This document shows, piece after piece, positions 28,724-32,000 of a stretch of 32,000 nucleotides of DNA; positions within the stretch are counted from its first letter, which is position 1, and each line of letters opens with the position of its first letter. Source of the stretch: Methanocaldococcus jannaschii DSM 2661 (GTDB lineage: Archaea; AGJL01; Methanococci; Methanococcales; Methanocaldococcaceae); NCBI RefSeq assembly GCF_000091665.1, contig NC_000909.1:413581-445580 (forward strand), written 5' to 3'. The translations under genes and the position numbers were made by a program. The notes beneath the pieces were generated by a model. That model saw only the letters and a list, made by a program, of their open reading frames with translations. It ran no database searches and was not told the DNA's origin.

Positions 28724-28809
28724 AAAACTCACTTCAGATATTTGGCGATTATTAATTTTAAAATTTTAATTACATTTAAGATTTTATTCATTATAAAGAA
28801 TTAACATCA

Positions 28810-29409
28810 TCAAAACAGCATTAAATTATATTTCTTTGAAAAATATTCTGCTTTCTCTATATGCTCTGGATAAATCTTCTTTAGTTTTTCAATAATCTCC
28901 TCCCTTCTTAAACTTTCAGCCCCAATTTTTAAAATCTTTAGAATCTCATCTTTGACTTCATATACTTTCCAGCTTGGAATCTCAATGGTCATGCAAAAAT
29001 CTTCTTTACTAAATCTCTTTCTTAAAATTGGAGAGATTGAGGCTATTAGAACATTGTTTCCGATATCTATGAGTGGAGGAACTTTTTTCCTATTGTTGCT
29101 TGTTAATTTTTTATAATTTTCTTTTTTATATGCATGGAGTTCAAAATAGACCTTTGGCTTATACTTTTTGATGATGTTGATTAATGTTTTACCTTCATCA
29201 CTTTCATAATACTTTTCTGATAATGTAGAGATGTATTTGCTATTTTCAACAAGTTTTGGGATAACTACTATATCACCAATATAATTGCATTCTTTTAATG
29301 AATTGACAAAATCTTTAAGAATAATTTCTGTAAATTTTCCCTCATTTCCATGCAAACCTCCAATAAACAGCTTTTTTACGCCATTACCTTTAAATTCAAA
29401 GATTTCCAT
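28810..29409 (-). CDS. Short AstE/AspA-like (M14-related) putative zinc hydrolase
   Basis: The motif GGLHGNEGKF matches the GxHGNE zinc-binding signature of the succinylglutamate desuccinylase/aspartoacylase family. A later His (ELHAY) could be the third ligand. At ~199 aa it is shorter than canonical members. The ATG at 29409 is preferred over the GTG at 29418. Confidence 0.5.
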   Translation of the reverse strand: MEIFEFKGNGVKKLFIGGLHGNEGKFTEIILKDFVNSLKECNYIGDIVVIPKLVENSKYISTLSEKYYESDEGKTLINIIKKYKPKVYFELHAYKKENYKKLTSNNRKKVPPLIDIGNNVLIASISPILRKRFSKEDFCMTIEIPSWKVYEVKDEILKILKIGAESLRREEIIEKLKKIYPEHIEKAEYFSKKYNLMLF

Positions 29410-29578
29410 AATTTTCACACTTACTTAATTTATAAATGTTAATTTTTCTCATTAGAGACAAGAATTAAGAATCGGGTATATAGAATTATCATAATTTCAT
29501 TTGTATTAACTGTGTAATTATAACAACCTTAATATATCACATTTAAATTATACTCTGTTGATTAAAAAATTAGTGGTG

Positions 29579-30868
29579 ATGTATTTGCTGATTGTTAAAA
29601 AAACAGATAGATTGGAAGGGATAGTTAAAGCTCCTCCTTCAAAATCTTACACTCATAGAGCAGTTATTGGAGCATCTTTAGCTGATGGAGTTAGCAGAAT
29701 AATAAACCCACTTTGGGGAGCTGATTGTTTATCATCTGTTCATGGTTGTAGAATGTTGGGGGCTAATATTGAGTTAGATAAAGAAAAAGATGAATGGATT
29801 GTTAAAGGAGGAGAGTTAAAAACCCCAGATAATATCATAGATATTGGGAACAGTGGAACAACCTTAAGGATTTTAACCTCTATAGCCTCACAGATACCAA
29901 AAGGATATGCAATTTTAACTGGAGATGATTCTATAAGAAAGAGACCGATGCAACCTTTATTAGATGCCTTAAAACAGCTAAATATAGAGGCATTTTCATC
30001 AAAATTAGATGGAACTGCACCAATAATAGTTAAAAGTGGGAAAATTTATGGAAATGTGGTAAAGATTAGAGGAGACATTAGCTCTCAGTTTATAACCTCT
30101 TTGATGATGCTCCTTCCATTTAATAAAGAAGATACTGAGATAATTCTAACCTCACCACTAAAATCAAAGCCATATATTGATATAACATTGGATATATTAA
30201 ATAAATTTGGAATAAAGATTGATAAAACTGATAACGGCTTTTTAGTCTATGGAAATCAGAAGTATAAACCAATAGATTATATTGTTGAGGGAGATTATTC
30301 TTCAGCTTCATACTTAATAGCTGCTGGAGTTTTAATAAACTCAAATATAACTATTGAAAACCTATTTGCCAACTCAAAGCAAGGAGATAAAGCTATAATC
30401 AATATTGTCAAAGAGATGGGAGCAGATATTAAAGTTAAAAAAGATAAAGTAATTATTGAAGGAGAATACAGCTTAAAAGGAATAGATGTTGATGTTAAAG
30501 ATATTCCAGATTTAGTCCCAACAATTGCAGTTCTTGGATGCTTTGCAGAAGGAAAGACTGAGATTTACAATGGAGAACATGTTAGATTAAAGGAGTGCGA
30601 TAGATTAAGAGCTTGTGCTGTTGAATTAAAAAAGATGGGTGCTGATATTGAAGAGAAACCAGATGGTTTAATTATAAGAGGAGTTAAAAAGCTAAAGGGG
30701 GCTAAGCTAAACACCTATCACGACCATAGATTGGTTATGGCATTTACTATAGCTGGTTTAAAGGCAGAAGGAGAAACAATTATTGAAGGAGAGGAGGCCG
30801 TTAAAATCTCTTTCCCAAACTTTGTTGATGTTATGAAGAGCTTAGGGGCTAATATAGAGGTAAAATAA
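29579..30868 (+). CDS. aroA: 3-phosphoshikimate 1-carboxyvinyltransferase (EPSP synthase)
   Basis: EPSP synthase pattern (PPSKSYTHRA, GNSGTTLR, DHRLVMAF). The start is ambiguous (TTG 29558, ATG 29579, TTG 29585). SD GGTGA at 29575-29579 argues against 29558. Confidence 0.9.
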   Translation: MYLLIVKKTDRLEGIVKAPPSKSYTHRAVIGASLADGVSRIINPLWGADCLSSVHGCRMLGANIELDKEKDEWIVKGGELKTPDNIIDIGNSGTTLRILTSIASQIPKGYAILTGDDSIRKRPMQPLLDALKQLNIEAFSSKLDGTAPIIVKSGKIYGNVVKIRGDISSQFITSLMMLLPFNKEDTEIILTSPLKSKPYIDITLDILNKFGIKIDKTDNGFLVYGNQKYKPIDYIVEGDYSSASYLIAAGVLINSNITIENLFANSKQGDKAIINIVKEMGADIKVKKDKVIIEGEYSLKGIDVDVKDIPDLVPTIAVLGCFAEGKTEIYNGEHVRLKECDRLRACAVELKKMGADIEEKPDGLIIRGVKKLKGAKLNTYHDHRLVMAFTIAGLKAEGETIIEGEEAVKISFPNFVDVMKSLGANIEVK

Positions 30869-30976
30869 AAAGTAAGTGAATAAATCAATCTCTTCATATT
30901 GATATTTTGATTAAAAAATAATAAAAAAATTTATACAGGTAATAACAACTCTATGACAAAAGTGCTGGTGATGTTT

Positions 30977-32000
30977 ATGGATTTCTTATTTGAGAACAGC
31001 TGGAAAGCAGTTTGTCCCTACAATCCAAAGTTGGATTTAAAGGACATTTATATTTATGACACAACCCTAAGAGATGGAGAGCAAACCCCAGGAGTTTGCT
31101 TTACCAAAGAACAAAAATTGGAGATTGCAAGGAAGTTGGATGAACTTGGATTAAAGCAGATTGAAGCTGGCTTCCCAATAGTATCTGAAAGAGAAGCAGA
31201 TATAGTTAAAACAATTGCTAATGAAGGGCTAAATGCTGATATCTTAGCTTTATGCAGGGCTTTAAAGAAAGATATAGATAAAGCAATAGAGTGCGATGTA
31301 GATGGGATTATTACCTTCATAGCAACATCTCCTCTCCACTTAAAATATAAATTCAACAACAAAAGCTTAGATGAAATATTAGAGATGGGAGTTGAGGCAG
31401 TTGAGTATGCAAAGGAACATGGCTTATTTGTTGCTTTCTCTGCAGAGGATGCGACAAGAACACCAATAGAGGACTTGATTAAAGTGCATAAAGCCGCTGA
31501 AGAGGCTGGAGCAGATAGGGTTCATATAGCAGACACAACTGGCTGTGCTACCCCCCAAAGTATGGAGTTTATATGTAAAACATTGAAGGAGAACTTAAAA
31601 AAGGCACATATTGGAGTGCATTGTCACAACGACTTTGGATTTGCAGTTATAAATTCAATATATGGTTTAATTGGAGGAGCTAAGGCAGTTTCAACAACAG
31701 TTAATGGTATTGGAGAGAGGGCAGGGAATGCAGCTTTAGAAGAGCTAATTATGGCTTTAACTGTCTTGTATGATGTTGATTTGGGATTAAACTTGGAGGT
31801 TCTTCCAGAGTTATGCAGAATGGTTGAGGAATACTCTGGAATAAAGATGCCAAAGAACAAACCAATAGTTGGAGAGCTTGTATTTGCTCATGAAAGTGGA
31901 ATTCACGTTGATGCTGTCATAGAGAATCCATTAACCTATGAACCCTTCCTTCCAGAGAAAATAGGGCTTAAGAGAAATATTTTGTTAGGGAAGCATTCTG
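30977..32000 (+). CDS. aksA: Homocitrate/isopropylmalate synthase family enzyme, 3'-truncated by the window (probably AksA homocitrate synthase)
   Basis: Not in the ORF track because it runs off the edge. My translation is MDFLFENSWKAVCPYNPKLDLKDIYIYDTTLRDGEQTPGV...HCHNDFGFA...GIGERAGNA, the DRE-TIM metallolyase signature. SD GGTGA at 30967-30971 is followed by 5 nt and the ATG. A TATA-like TTTATAC lies at 30930-30936. The aksA versus leuA/cimA choice rests on the recalled locus order (MJ0503). Confidence 0.8.
   Translation, partial: MDFLFENSWKAVCPYNPKLDLKDIYIYDTTLRDGEQTPGVCFTKEQKLEIARKLDELGLKQIEAGFPIVSEREADIVKTIANEGLNADILALCRALKKDIDKAIECDVDGIITFIATSPLHLKYKFNNKSLDEILEMGVEAVEYAKEHGLFVAFSAEDATRTPIEDLIKVHKAAEEAGADRVHIADTTGCATPQSMEFICKTLKENLKKAHIGVHCHNDFGFAVINSIYGLIGGAKAVSTTVNGIGERAGNAALEELIMALTVLYDVDLGLNLEVLPELCRMVEEYSGIKMPKNKPIVGELVFAHESGIHVDAVIENPLTYEPFLPEKIGLKRNILLGKHS

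Overview
The window reads as core chromosome of a hyperthermophilic, AT-rich Methanocaldococcus. The SecY, adenylate kinase and other proteins match what I recall for M. jannaschii, and from memory the gene order corresponds to roughly MJ0466-MJ0503. From left to right: (1) The distal part of the archaeal spc-type ribosomal protein operon, L14 (5'-truncated) through L15. It includes a 53-aa zinc-ribbon S14 gene that is missing from the ORF track. It is followed by secY, archaeal adenylate kinase and a DUF106/YidC-like membrane protein. (2) Housekeeping and cofactor genes on both strands: an NYN/LabA-like protein, a small CPxC zinc-ribbon protein, dph2, cobQ and a PP-loop ATPase. (3) An orphan CRISPR array with a ~465-nt AT-rich leader, 15 identical 30-nt repeats and one degenerate terminal repeat. 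No cas genes lie in the window. (4) A radical-SAM gene, pheS, two probable FeGP-cofactor genes (hcgB/hcgC, assigned from memory), mdh, nadC, RNase P subunit Pop5, selB, hjc, leuC, two uncharacterised enzyme-like genes, aroA and the 5' part of aksA. I found no convincing novel protein-coding system. The unexplained structure is at the RNA/repeat level. There are three copies of a ~110-nt palindromic element: 16-17 bp outer arms, a 74-76 nt interior and a central GC-rich hairpin. The arms carry compensatory changes between copies. Two of these copies bracket a promoter-driven C/D-box (K-turn) sRNA locus upstream of leuC. A 174-nt completely G-free tract lies upstream of cobQ. Many ORF-track starts are artefacts, being GTG/TTG codons inside the Shine-Dalgarno GGTGA. 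I re-anchored them using the recurrent pattern GGTGA, ~5 nt spacer, start codon.
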